From the IMG/VR virus record IMGVR_UViG_3300012933_000154, positions 1-41,845 of that record: a stretch of DNA of 41,845 nucleotides; one strand, 5' to 3'. Each line of letters starts with the position of its first letter. The first letter of the stretch is position 1. Below the pieces are notes generated by a model. That model was not told the DNA's origin. It made no database searches and saw only the letters and a list, made by a program, of their open reading frames with translations. This DNA is from a virus. Its lineage: Duplodnaviria > Caudoviricetes. Position numbers and translations under genes: made by a program. Positions 25,480 to 33,483 of this stretch are shown piece by piece.

Positions 25480-25691
25480 TAGACGTATTCTTCGATCCTG
25501 ACACCGGTAAGTATTACGAAGCGACACTAATCTGCTCGTGCGACACCCCAGTCTATGGCTTGCCTGAACGGCACTTCTTCTGCCAGCACTGCGACCTACC
25601 GTGCCCAGAAGAGCCATGCGTCACTTGTTGGGGTTATAATAGAAACATCGACGAGCGACTAGCGTGGCTTGAAGATGAGGGCTTGGATTAG
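25428..25691 (+). CDS. Cys-rich putative Zn-binding protein (start uncertain)
   Basis: CSC...CQHCD.PC....C..C; nearest in-frame start is TTG 25428. Confidence 0.55.
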   Translation: MGSHEERAFPRQTDSPIVDVFFDPDTGKYYEATLICSCDTPVYGLPERHFFCQHCDLPCPEEPCVTCWGYNRNIDERLAWLEDEGLD

Positions 25692-25761
25692 GTTTCGTCT
25701 ACACTTAAAATCCGTACACGGCCGGTGTAGCACCACGGTTCGATTCCGTGCAGGTCCACTA
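25679..25761 (+). ncRNA. Miniature tmRNA-like RNA (tRNA-like domain only, no tag ORF)
   Basis: Acceptor stem GGGCTTG/CAGGTCC with G3.U70 and discriminator A; stemless 13-nt D-loop containing GGTTTCG; stem CTACAC/GTGTAG; 3-nt linker; T arm CACGG-TTCGATT-CCGTG. Confidence 0.75.
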
Positions 25762-25772
25762 AAACTAAATAA

Positions 25773-25848
25773 TCCCCTATAACTCAGTTGGTAGAGTGTT
25801 CGGCTGTTAACCGAAATGTCATTGGTTCGAGTCCAGTTGGGGGAGCCA
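25773..25848 (+). tRNA. tRNA-Asn(GTT)
   Basis: Full cloverleaf: TCCCCTA/TGGGGGA, anticodon arm TTCGG-CTGTTAA-CCGAA, encoded CCA. Confidence 0.95.
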
Positions 25849-25849
25849 A

Positions 25850-25954
25850 CAGTAACGACGGTCAGTGAGCCTAGCGTAAACTAACCCCCGCCTGAACTTC
25901 TATGTCTGGTGCTAGGATGTTAGTTGTTACTGGGTGGGTTCTGCAGAACCTGCC
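25850..25954 (+). ncRNA. Unidentified structured RNA between the tRNAs
   Basis: Nested stems CAGTAACGAC/GTTGTTACTG and CCTAGCG/TGCTAGG, plus 3' hairpin GGTGGGTTC/GAACCTGCC. Confidence 0.55.
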
Positions 25955-25958
25955 ACTA

Positions 25959-26029
25959 GTGTCCCAAGTGTTACGGTAGCACGTCGGTCTCCAACACCGA
26001 AAGCCTAGGTTCGACTCCTAGGGGATATG
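25959..26029 (+). tRNA. tRNA-Trp(CCA)
   Basis: GTGTCCC/GGGATAT; anticodon arm TCGGT-CTCCAAC-ACCGA; T arm CTAGG-TTCGACT-CCTAG; discriminator G; no encoded CCA end. Confidence 0.88.
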
Positions 26030-26044
26030 CTGAAAAGGAGTAAC

Positions 26045-26233
26045 ATGCCAACATACGAATACAAGTGCCCAACATGCCAAACTAAATACACAGAAGTTAG
26101 AAGCATGCACGAGGCTCAGACAATCACAGACTGCGAGAACTGCAAAGTTCCGCTAATCAAGCAGTACGGGTCCCCGACTGTAACCTTCAACGGCAGTGGC
26201 TTTTACAGCACAGATAAGAAGAACAATGGCTGA
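26045..26233 (+). CDS. FmdB-family zinc ribbon protein
   Basis: 'MPTYEYKC..C', 'C..C', 'F.GSGFY.TD'; AAAGGAG RBS. Confidence 0.88.
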   Translation: MPTYEYKCPTCQTKYTEVRSMHEAQTITDCENCKVPLIKQYGSPTVTFNGSGFYSTDKKNNG

Positions 26234-26546
26234 CGAATACAAAGTCCCATCCGGCGTGCAAAGCGCAGCAAGCCGAGCCCTCAAATGGATCGCTGACGGC
26301 AAAGCCGGCGGAGGATTCACCTCAGTCGGAAGACGCAGAGCATCACAACTCGCAGCAGGCGGATCGATCAGCCGCGACACCGTAGCCCGAATGAAGTCAT
26401 ACTTTGCACGACACCGCGTAGACCGTCAAGCCACAGGCTTCAACTCAGGCGAAGAAGGCTATCCATCACCGGGCCGAGTCGCATGGGACGCTTGGGGCGG
26501 AGACGCGGGCCAAGCATGGGTCACAAGAATAAAACTAGACAAGTAG
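26226..26546 (+). CDS. Conserved phage protein of unknown function
   Basis: 'A.RAL.W', 'VG..RA.QLA', 'RM.SYFARH', 'AW..WGG.AG' pattern recalled from phage proteins; not verified by search. Confidence 0.7.
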   Translation: MADEYKVPSGVQSAASRALKWIADGKAGGGFTSVGRRRASQLAAGGSISRDTVARMKSYFARHRVDRQATGFNSGEEGYPSPGRVAWDAWGGDAGQAWVTRIKLDK

Positions 26547-26547
26547 A

Positions 26548-26582
26548 AGAAAACCCCCAGTCACCTCGTCTGGGGGTTTTCT
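26548..26582. terminator. Bidirectional terminator at the convergence of the two genome arms
   Basis: AGAAAACCCCCAG/CTGGGGGTTTTCT with 9-nt loop. Confidence 0.85.
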
Positions 26583-26600
26583 CTGTCGGGTAATTCCGCC

Positions 26601-26840
26601 CTACGGTAGCAGGACGCTTACTGCCGATACCAACACAGCCATAATGGCAATGCCGATCGCAATCTTGTTGCTCTTGTCGTCGCGCTGAGTCTTCAGTTCC
26701 TTGACATCAAGTTCGATTTCGTTAATGCGAGCATCTTGCGCATCAAACTTTTTTTCCATGCGGTCTTGTGATTCGCGCATATTGCGAACACTCTCCTCAA
26801 TTCTTCCAAGGGTTACGTAAAGTTCCGGCGACTCCGACAT
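26601..26840 (-). CDS. Membrane protein (coiled coil plus C-terminal TM), lysis-cassette type
   Basis: Heptad pattern then a hydrophobic C-terminus; last gene of the late arm. Confidence 0.7.
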   Translation of the reverse strand: MSESPELYVTLGRIEESVRNMRESQDRMEKKFDAQDARINEIELDVKELKTQRDDKSNKIAIGIAIMAVLVSAVSVLLP

Positions 26841-26846
26841 TCGTTC

Positions 26847-27101
26847 TTACTTCTCCGAGTCGTGCTGCTCTTGCAACTTATTGAAAGACGAGTTCATTTC
26901 ATCAGAAGTGATTTTGCCATCGTTCAGGAAGTTGCGCGACATCTCTTCTGCGATCTCCATGATACCGACTGCAGCCGCCATCACACATGACTGCCAAAAG
27001 GCAAGCCCAATTGCAGAACCTCCAACGAAAGTTCCGCTAATCTTCATGATTATGTAGGCGAGAGTGCGACCAGATAGGTCTTTAACAATCTGCTTGTCCA
27101 T
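26847..27101 (-). CDS. Putative holin
   Basis: Small, two hydrophobic segments, charged C-terminus with 'DGKIT.DE.N'; near the endolysin. Confidence 0.55.
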   Translation of the reverse strand: MDKQIVKDLSGRTLAYIIMKISGTFVGGSAIGLAFWQSCVMAAAVGIMEIAEEMSRNFLNDGKITSDEMNSSFNKLQEQHDSEK

Positions 27102-27157
27102 TTTTACTCCAACGGTTATGCGCCCATTGGTTAATAGTATTACTATTGTACCTTATG

Positions 27158-27346
27158 TTATTTGTCGGAGTTTCGAATCTTGCTGGTGGCAACCCACACA
27201 ATAAGAGTCACGATAACAATGTTTGCAGTCGTGGTCTTCGCAGAACCTTCGAGCACAAGCCAACCAACGGCTAGTGCAACCAAAGTCCACAACTGGTCCA
27301 AAACTTCCATAAAAATGGTCTTTAGTGCCGATGCGATTTTCTTCAT
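27158..27346 (-). CDS. Small two-TM membrane protein
   Basis: 'QLWTLVALAVGWLVLEGSAK' and a second TM; coupled to the upstream gene. Confidence 0.7.
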   Translation of the reverse strand: MKKIASALKTIFMEVLDQLWTLVALAVGWLVLEGSAKTTTANIVIVTLIVWVATSKIRNSDK

Positions 27347-28806
27347 TATTTTATCTTTCTAGTAGATGATGTTGCTGCTGATGCTGATACGGCAGCCGAC
27401 GCGGCTGCTGACGCTACTTGCCCAACGATTACGGACGCGACAACGGCATCCTCCGCCTGCTCACGGACCACAGGAGACATATCCGCCCCGATGTTACCGA
27501 TCGCGTTAAAAGTCTCTAGAGCGGCCCCTGCAGCCTCTCCCAGAAGGGGAATAGCGGCCAACTCTGCAGGCAGTTCAGCGTCATCCGCCTGGGCGAGCAC
27601 AGTCAGAGCCTCAAGCGCCTGCGCATACTCCGGAGAGCCTTGCTGGGCAGTCTCGAACACTGCCATAACAGCAGCCTCCAACTGTGCGACCTGAACATCT
27701 GTCATTTCTTCCGGCGCGATTTCTTCTAAGTCCTCGATGACTGCGATAGACTTTTCTTCTACACTCTCAACAACAGGAGGTTCAGGTGCAGGTTCTGCAA
27801 CAGGTTCGGGCGCTGATTCGGCTAAAGGTGGCTCTACTGCTGGCGCGGGTGTTTCTGTCTCGACAGGAACTGGATCAGGTTCTGGCTGAGGGCTTTCGAC
27901 AGGCTCAGGTGCAGGCTCTGGCTCAGGAGCAGGCTCGACAGGAAAAGGAATAGGCTGTGGCTGGGGAGCAGGTTCAACAACAGGTGGAGTCACGACTGGT
28001 TCCGCAATCGGAATGGGCGAAGGCTCTGGCTGACTCGGCTGGGGTTGCTCTGGGACTACTGGGTCTGGCGGTGTATCTGAAGATGTCGCTGGGGTTTCCG
28101 TTGGTGCTGGTGTTGGGGTTGGTGACGGCTCGATTTGCCCTGGCGCTACTGTACTGGTCAGGTTCACGCGCAAAACCTTAACGACTCCACCGCAAGGGTC
28201 GCCAAATACGCCGTTGTCGGCGCTAACCTCAAAAGTGTTGCTACCAAGATAGGTCGCCAAGACTGCGCTAACATCAGCGCCGCAACTCGGATCATTCGGT
28301 GCGCCATACCAGCCAGTTACAGCAGTAAAGACTTCACCTGCTGGGGCAGTAGCCGAAAACAGCTGACCTTCCCAAGTGCCAGTTTCAACAACCGGCTCAG
28401 TCACAATAGGGGCAGAGAAGATTGGGCCATACCAGCCACCCCAAAAACCCTCATCCTTGCCAGAAGCCTGAATCAGAACCTCGCCAGAAACAACTGTCTC
28501 AACAGTAAAAACTTCAATGCTGTTGCCCTGCCAAGTCTGACCGTTAATAGTCAAAGTCCACGTATCAGGAATCGGCGTGCAAGTACCAATACAGTTAGCA
28601 GTCGTATTGTTCACAGTCATGGCAATGGTTGACCCCTCAGCAGCCTGCAGGGTTTGAACAGCCGAACCGCCACGATAATCAAACTGCACAGAGCCATCGA
28701 CAACTCGACCATTAGTCGTCTGCCACTCAGCAGCCAAAGCCGGCTGTGCAAAAGCAAGTGAACCAAACGCCAAAAAAAGCGCTGCAACCAGTCTGATCTT
28801 TTTCAT
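27346..28806 (-). CDS. Exported Pro-rich protein with SUEL/galactose-lectin-like domain
   Basis: Signal peptide (MKKIRLVAALFL...ALA); 'YG....C...N.VFGDPCGGVVKVL.V'; long PEP/APE linker; Ala-rich C-terminus. Confidence 0.7.
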   Translation of the reverse strand: MKKIRLVAALFLAFGSLAFAQPALAAEWQTTNGRVVDGSVQFDYRGGSAVQTLQAAEGSTIAMTVNNTTANCIGTCTPIPDTWTLTINGQTWQGNSIEVFTVETVVSGEVLIQASGKDEGFWGGWYGPIFSAPIVTEPVVETGTWEGQLFSATAPAGEVFTAVTGWYGAPNDPSCGADVSAVLATYLGSNTFEVSADNGVFGDPCGGVVKVLRVNLTSTVAPGQIEPSPTPTPAPTETPATSSDTPPDPVVPEQPQPSQPEPSPIPIAEPVVTPPVVEPAPQPQPIPFPVEPAPEPEPAPEPVESPQPEPDPVPVETETPAPAVEPPLAESAPEPVAEPAPEPPVVESVEEKSIAVIEDLEEIAPEEMTDVQVAQLEAAVMAVFETAQQGSPEYAQALEALTVLAQADDAELPAELAAIPLLGEAAGAALETFNAIGNIGADMSPVVREQAEDAVVASVIVGQVASAAASAAVSASAATSSTRKIK

Positions 28807-28823
28807 ATATCCCTCAAATAAAA

Positions 28824-28853
28824 AATGGACCCCAGAATAAACCGGGGCCCATT
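28824..28853 (-). terminator. Intrinsic terminator after the endolysin gene
   Basis: Minus strand AATGGGCCCC/GGGGTCCATT followed by a T-run. Confidence 0.7.
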
Positions 28854-28870
28854 AGTTTTTAAATTATTTG

Positions 28871-29476
28871 TTACTGAGCGGATGCTTTCGCAGCCAATCT
28901 TGCAGCCTCAAGCATTTCAGCCTGAGCGTCATCGTGCGTAGGAGCAGGAGCAATAAGCGCCTCTTCTGGAGTAGCAACAGGAGCAGTAGCAATAGCCTTC
29001 TCCTTAGCAATCAAAGCCTTGAAGAAAGCAATCGGCTCAATATAGTTCTTGCCAGCAGCATCCCAAATGTGAGACTTGCCAAGACGCAACTCCCAGTGAA
29101 GGTGCTTACCGGTCGACATCCCAGTCGTGCCCATCTTGCCAAGAGGCATACCAGCAGTTACCTTCTGGCCCTTCTTGACCTTGATAGTGCCATCCTGCAT
29201 GTGAGCGTAAAGGGTGGTGTAGAACTTGCCGTCAATCTTGTGAAGAATGATTACGAAGTTACCGAAGCCGCCACCTGCAGCAGTAGACTTGCGAGCCTCT
29301 AGAACCTTGCCATCGTAAGGCGCTTCGATCCAGCAAGGTTCGTGGTGCGACCAGATGTCGGTACCGTTGTGGTGCTTCTTAACGTTCAACTTTGGGTGGA
29401 TACGCCAGCCCATGAGAGAAGTGATCTTGAAGTCTTTGCCTAGTTTTCCGTCAATCGGGAACTGTGCTTTAGCCAT
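28871..29476 (-). CDS. Endolysin, M23 peptidase
   Basis: 'HNGTD', 'LYAH', 'G.TG.STG.HLH.E'. Confidence 0.9.
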   Translation of the reverse strand: MAKAQFPIDGKLGKDFKITSLMGWRIHPKLNVKKHHNGTDIWSHHEPCWIEAPYDGKVLEARKSTAAGGGFGNFVIILHKIDGKFYTTLYAHMQDGTIKVKKGQKVTAGMPLGKMGTTGMSTGKHLHWELRLGKSHIWDAAGKNYIEPIAFFKALIAKEKAIATAPVATPEEALIAPAPTHDDAQAEMLEAARLAAKASAQ

Positions 29477-29485
29477 TGTTTATCC

Positions 29486-29845
29486 TTAAGCGAAAGTGCT
29501 GGCCATCCAGACCAGGGTGAGAGATTCTGCTACAGTGCCAGCAAGGCGGTGAACCTTTACAGTGAAACCAGTAGTTGTTGGGTTTGCAGTAATGTTGCAA
29601 ACATACGGATTGCCAGAAGCGGCGTTCTGAACATTCACAACAACCTTTGGCGCTGTCAGAAAAGCCTTTGGGAAAGTGACGGTGATAGTTACCGGGGTGT
29701 CAGTGGTCGGACCTGTGATGCCCTGAGTTCCGCTAACGATACCGACGTTATCTGCGCTGTTCGCAAGGTTATGAAAATAGGTTTCCAAAGGTGCGATGTT
29801 ATCGCTAGAAACAGGGTAAGGTACGCCCTTGTTAGTTAGTGCCAT
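29486..29845 (-). CDS. Minor tail/fiber protein (H-type lectin-like C-terminus)
   Basis: 'V.FP..F...P.VVV', 'T.TGF', 'W.A'. Confidence 0.65.
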   Translation of the reverse strand: MALTNKGVPYPVSSDNIAPLETYFHNLANSADNVGIVSGTQGITGPTTDTPVTITVTFPKAFLTAPKVVVNVQNAASGNPYVCNITANPTTTGFTVKVHRLAGTVAESLTLVWMASTFA

Positions 29846-29978
29846 TTAGTTCCTCAATCTTTTTGCTCAGTGAATCCACGGTAGCCTTCAGCACGGCGAT
29901 CTCCTGCGCTTGAATTGCATTAAGTTCGCGGAAATGTCTTAGAATGTCTTGAATGTCAAGTTGTGGTTCTTCGCTCAT
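29832..29978 (-). CDS. Small coiled-coil protein (48 aa, MSEEPQLDI...)
   Basis: Translated by hand; fills the gap in the tail operon. Confidence 0.6.
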   Translation of the reverse strand: MSEEPQLDIQDILRHFRELNAIQAQEIAVLKATVDSLSKKIEELNGTN

Positions 29979-29981
29979 TTA

Positions 29982-31028
29982 TTAACCTAATCTTGCTTCT
30001 AGCGCCTTAATGCGCTCTTGCTGTTCTGCAACAATCTTGTGTAGGAACATGTACATTTTATCATAGCGCAACTGGATCATCTCGTCCGGGCTCTGAGGCT
30101 GAGTTACAAGTTCATCACCAAAACCTGCGTCTTCAAAGTCTTCAGCGATGAAACCGATGATGTCCCAGTCTTTTTCTTCTTCACGAAGGATGCCTTCGTT
30201 GTATTTGAAGATTACCGGCTTAATGTTGATGTAGGCTTCTGAGTCGAACTGAAGTTCGCGGATGTCTCGCTTGCTTTCGCGCGATGAGGTAGCAGTGCTT
30301 CGGTAGATGCGGTAAGCATTTGCCGAGCCTTGGATGTGCACGTTTGAAGCAGAAGATGATGTTGCGTTGTAAATTCCAGAAGAGTAAACTCCGCCGTCAA
30401 GGCCGACATCGCCACTAACGCCCAACTCGCCAATAATGCCAGTATCTCCATTGATTTCCACGGATGCCCCCAAGTTAATTTCGCTAGGAGCGCCCTTCAA
30501 CTGAAGATTGCCAGAGTTCATGTAAACCAAAGGCTGACCAGTAGAAGTCACTAGGACACCGTTATCGCCAGAGTTAATAGCGCCAGTAGTGTTAGTGCCG
30601 GAGACTGAACTATAAAAGTTAATGCTAGAGCCACTAATCTTAACGCGCTGACCGCTAGTGCCAGTTTGCAAAGTCACACCAGTGATAGTTCCACCAATGA
30701 TGTTGTCAGCGTTAAGCGTGTAACCGCTACCCGTAGCGCCCAAACCAATAAGGCCATTAAGTGCAATGTTTGCAGAATAAGCAGCAGCGGCTGCATCATC
30801 AGCGGCAGCCTGAGCCTCTTCAACAGCGCCCTGAATGGCGATGTCAGCAGCAACCAGCCCGATGACCGTGTTGTCAATACGAGCGTAACTAGCAGCCAAC
30901 TGGTTGTCGCGCGCAGTGTTATTGATCTCATTTGCCGTAGTAGAGGCAATCAAAGTCGAAAGTTGCTTCTCAACCTCACGACCCCAAGGCATCGAGCCAG
31001 AAGGTAGATTGCTATTAGGGAACGCCAT
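29982..31028 (-). CDS. Tail fiber/spike with C-terminal S74 intramolecular chaperone
   Basis: Gly-rich beta region; 'SSRESKRDI', 'GFIAED', 'LRYD', terminal coiled coil. Confidence 0.8.
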   Translation of the reverse strand: MAFPNSNLPSGSMPWGREVEKQLSTLIASTTANEINNTARDNQLAASYARIDNTVIGLVAADIAIQGAVEEAQAAADDAAAAAYSANIALNGLIGLGATGSGYTLNADNIIGGTITGVTLQTGTSGQRVKISGSSINFYSSVSGTNTTGAINSGDNGVLVTSTGQPLVYMNSGNLQLKGAPSEINLGASVEINGDTGIIGELGVSGDVGLDGGVYSSGIYNATSSSASNVHIQGSANAYRIYRSTATSSRESKRDIRELQFDSEAYINIKPVIFKYNEGILREEEKDWDIIGFIAEDFEDAGFGDELVTQPQSPDEMIQLRYDKMYMFLHKIVAEQQERIKALEARLG

Positions 31029-32614
31029 TATGCCTCCAGCAGTGGAATTACAGTAAACTCGTTAAACTTTAAAGCCTGAGTGGGGCTGATAGTTGAATCA
31101 AAAACTGCCGTAGTAAAAGCAGAGAACGTCTTGCCAGACCACTTAGCATTGAAGTCGCTAATCTGAGCGCAAGCCAAAGCGGTGATGCCGGTAGAGCCAG
31201 GCCCGTAAGAAACAGAAGTGTTACGGAACTTGTTACTCTTAACAACCTGCATCTTGCCAGGAGTCTCGCCAAACGGCGAAGAATCAGTAATGGTCTGAGC
31301 GAGCGAAACGGTCGGACCGCAAGCCACCTGGGCAGCGGCCAAACCGCGCGTGCTCTCAGTGAAGTCGTTGGTAATGAAAGGGTTGTCAATTGACATCGCA
31401 GAGGTCTTCGAGGTGTAATCCGCAGAAGCGCCAGTCATGTAGACCCTACTAGTCTTGTTGAAGAAAACGCCAGTACCAACAATGTAAAGCGCCGGATACT
31501 CTTCGCCACCAGAAGTCTCAACACCGATCTTGTAAGGCGCGTTTGTAGCCTCGGCTGGATCGGCTGCGGTAGGCAACTGCACAGACGGCGGTGCGACAAC
31601 AGTAATCTCAATCTCGGCAGGGTTCTCAGTCAAAGAAACAGTCAGGCTTCCACCCAAACGAACCCACTCTAAAGGCTCGATCGGCAGGTCGTCGTTGCCG
31701 ACAACAACATACTGACCCTGTGACCCAGAGTAAGGCAAAGGGAAGATTGCGCTGACAGGCTCAGGCTGCTTAACTGACTCAAGCGAAGCGTTAATCAAAA
31801 AGCGCTTAGTGATAGTTTGCCCAGCATCAACCTGCATGCTGTCAGTGATCGACACCTTAGCGTTCGCAGAAAAAAGTTTGCCAGTCCTATCCTGCTCCTG
31901 AACGATACGGTTCACGCCGTAAGAAGTGTTGTAGTTAAAAACTTCAACAGACTGCGCTGCTTCGAAACTATCAACTGAAAGAGTCTCGCTCGAAACCTTG
32001 TCAGAATAACTGACGGTAGAGGTCTTTGCTTCTCTAAAGTACAAGTCGTTGCCTGAAACGTAAGCCTCAATGCCAATGTTCGCGGTTGTGCTCGCGCTAA
32101 CTGCGGCACACAGCATCTTGATGTGGTCCCAGACGTTTCCAGTCCAACCAATAAAGTTCACAGGCACTGCTTCAAGTTTTGCGGCGAAAGCCTCATCAAC
32201 AAGAGGAGTAACACCGGCAAGCCAGCAATAGTATTCGATTGCGCTCATCAAAGTCGAGCCACTAAGCCCACCCTGAGGCTTTGCGGTTGCAATAGTGTTA
32301 AGTCTTGCCATGATAGTGTCGCCGGTGATAGAAACGACACCAGATGAGGTGCTTAGTTTCTTAACCTGAAACTCGACCGAGCCGTGACTGTCATCGGTCA
32401 GGGTCATCTTGTTATTGACTAGCAGGTTGCTATTAGGGTGAGTGAGCCCAACAGTGTTTTCTTCGACAGCCAAAGCCGATACAGAAACCTGGCTTGTGCC
32501 ACCAGAAAGGCTGGAAGGTTCTAGCGAAGTGACATCTTCAGAGTATGAGTATGTTGCAATCGCTTCGTCTTTTACGGAACCGCTACCGCCATTATTTACG
32601 AGACTGAAACCCAT
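31028..32614 (-). CDS. Minor tail protein (Tal/hub-like)
   Basis: 528 aa, second gene after the tape measure gene. Confidence 0.7.
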   Translation of the reverse strand: MGFSLVNNGGSGSVKDEAIATYSYSEDVTSLEPSSLSGGTSQVSVSALAVEENTVGLTHPNSNLLVNNKMTLTDDSHGSVEFQVKKLSTSSGVVSITGDTIMARLNTIATAKPQGGLSGSTLMSAIEYYCWLAGVTPLVDEAFAAKLEAVPVNFIGWTGNVWDHIKMLCAAVSASTTANIGIEAYVSGNDLYFREAKTSTVSYSDKVSSETLSVDSFEAAQSVEVFNYNTSYGVNRIVQEQDRTGKLFSANAKVSITDSMQVDAGQTITKRFLINASLESVKQPEPVSAIFPLPYSGSQGQYVVVGNDDLPIEPLEWVRLGGSLTVSLTENPAEIEITVVAPPSVQLPTAADPAEATNAPYKIGVETSGGEEYPALYIVGTGVFFNKTSRVYMTGASADYTSKTSAMSIDNPFITNDFTESTRGLAAAQVACGPTVSLAQTITDSSPFGETPGKMQVVKSNKFRNTSVSYGPGSTGITALACAQISDFNAKWSGKTFSAFTTAVFDSTISPTQALKFNEFTVIPLLEA

Positions 32615-33483
32615 TAGACTTCAACCCACCCGGCAGACATTCCAATCTGCCCGTCGTTAATTGCCGAAGAGTAATACTCGATAGTTGGTCGAGATGAGAA
32701 CTCAAGCGAGGTAGTTCCGCGACCTGAAATAAAACCGCCAGCCTTAACCGACGAAGTTGCCGGGAGAATCTGTGCAATCATCGCAGAGATGTTGATAGTA
32801 GCAGTTGCAGCAGAAGCAATAAAAATCTCAACATGAGAGTAAGTTGTTCCGCTGACCTGAGTGTTAGTGCGCACAGAGCCACCAACGATCAGTTTCGCAG
32901 GGTTTAGAGCAGTGTCAGCAGCGCCAGTGCTGCGAAGGTAAGGCACGACGCGAACTCCAGTGCTTGAGTTTCCGCTAGGACCGTGCCAGCCGAAGTGCAA
33001 CTTGTAGCCAGTCGGGATGATAAGAGTCAACTTGTTTGTGCTTGCGTAAGCCCCAGAAGTGACATAGGTTGCGTAAGAAGATGGGTAGTTGTTCGCAGAA
33101 GCGACAGCGCTAAATGTTGGGGTCAAGCCAGTTGCAAGGTTAGGCCAGTCGTTCTGAGTAATCATTGGCGCAGCCCAGTGAGGCGGCAAAATGTTACTAG
33201 CAGCAGCAAAAGGGTCAACCCAGTAGAAAGGCCCGTTGCCGTAAATACCGTCAGCAAAATCCTTAATAGTCTGCAGGCTCTCAGATAGGTCTTCAGAGTT
33301 CATAGAGCCAACCCAAGATGGGCTTAGGACGCGGTGAGATGCTGCAGAGCGGCTCAAAGAAGTGCGACCGTTAAGAAGTTCAGTCTCAACAGACCAACCC
33401 TTAGAAAGCGCGTTCATGCCAGATGTCGGCGCTTTAATCCATGTCTGCTTAATAGCGTTGCCGAAATAGACTTGACCAGCCAT
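32614..33483 (-). CDS. Minor tail protein (Dit-like)
   Basis: First gene after the tape measure gene; 'GPFYWVDP'. Confidence 0.7.
   Translation of the reverse strand: MAGQVYFGNAIKQTWIKAPTSGMNALSKGWSVETELLNGRTSLSRSAASHRVLSPSWVGSMNSEDLSESLQTIKDFADGIYGNGPFYWVDPFAAASNILPPHWAAPMITQNDWPNLATGLTPTFSAVASANNYPSSYATYVTSGAYASTNKLTLIIPTGYKLHFGWHGPSGNSSTGVRVVPYLRSTGAADTALNPAKLIVGGSVRTNTQVSGTTYSHVEIFIASAATATINISAMIAQILPATSSVKAGGFISGRGTTSLEFSSRPTIEYYSSAINDGQIGMSAGWVEV

Noticed and set aside
25679-25761. Ordinary tRNA-Ala, or a full-length or two-piece tmRNA
   Set aside because: No D stem or anticodon loop, no room for a tag ORF, and I found no separate coding piece with a resume-codon context nearby
25849-25958. 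tRNA-associated theta/HDV-like or hammerhead ribozyme
   Set aside because: I could not find the HDV nested double pseudoknot and L3 motif, or the CUGAnGA/GAAA hammerhead core, by eye; an Infernal search would settle it
27780-28130. DNA tandem repeats (GGCTC/GGTTC-rich)
   Set aside because: They reflect the Pro-Glu-Pro-Ala protein linker, with synonymous variation between units
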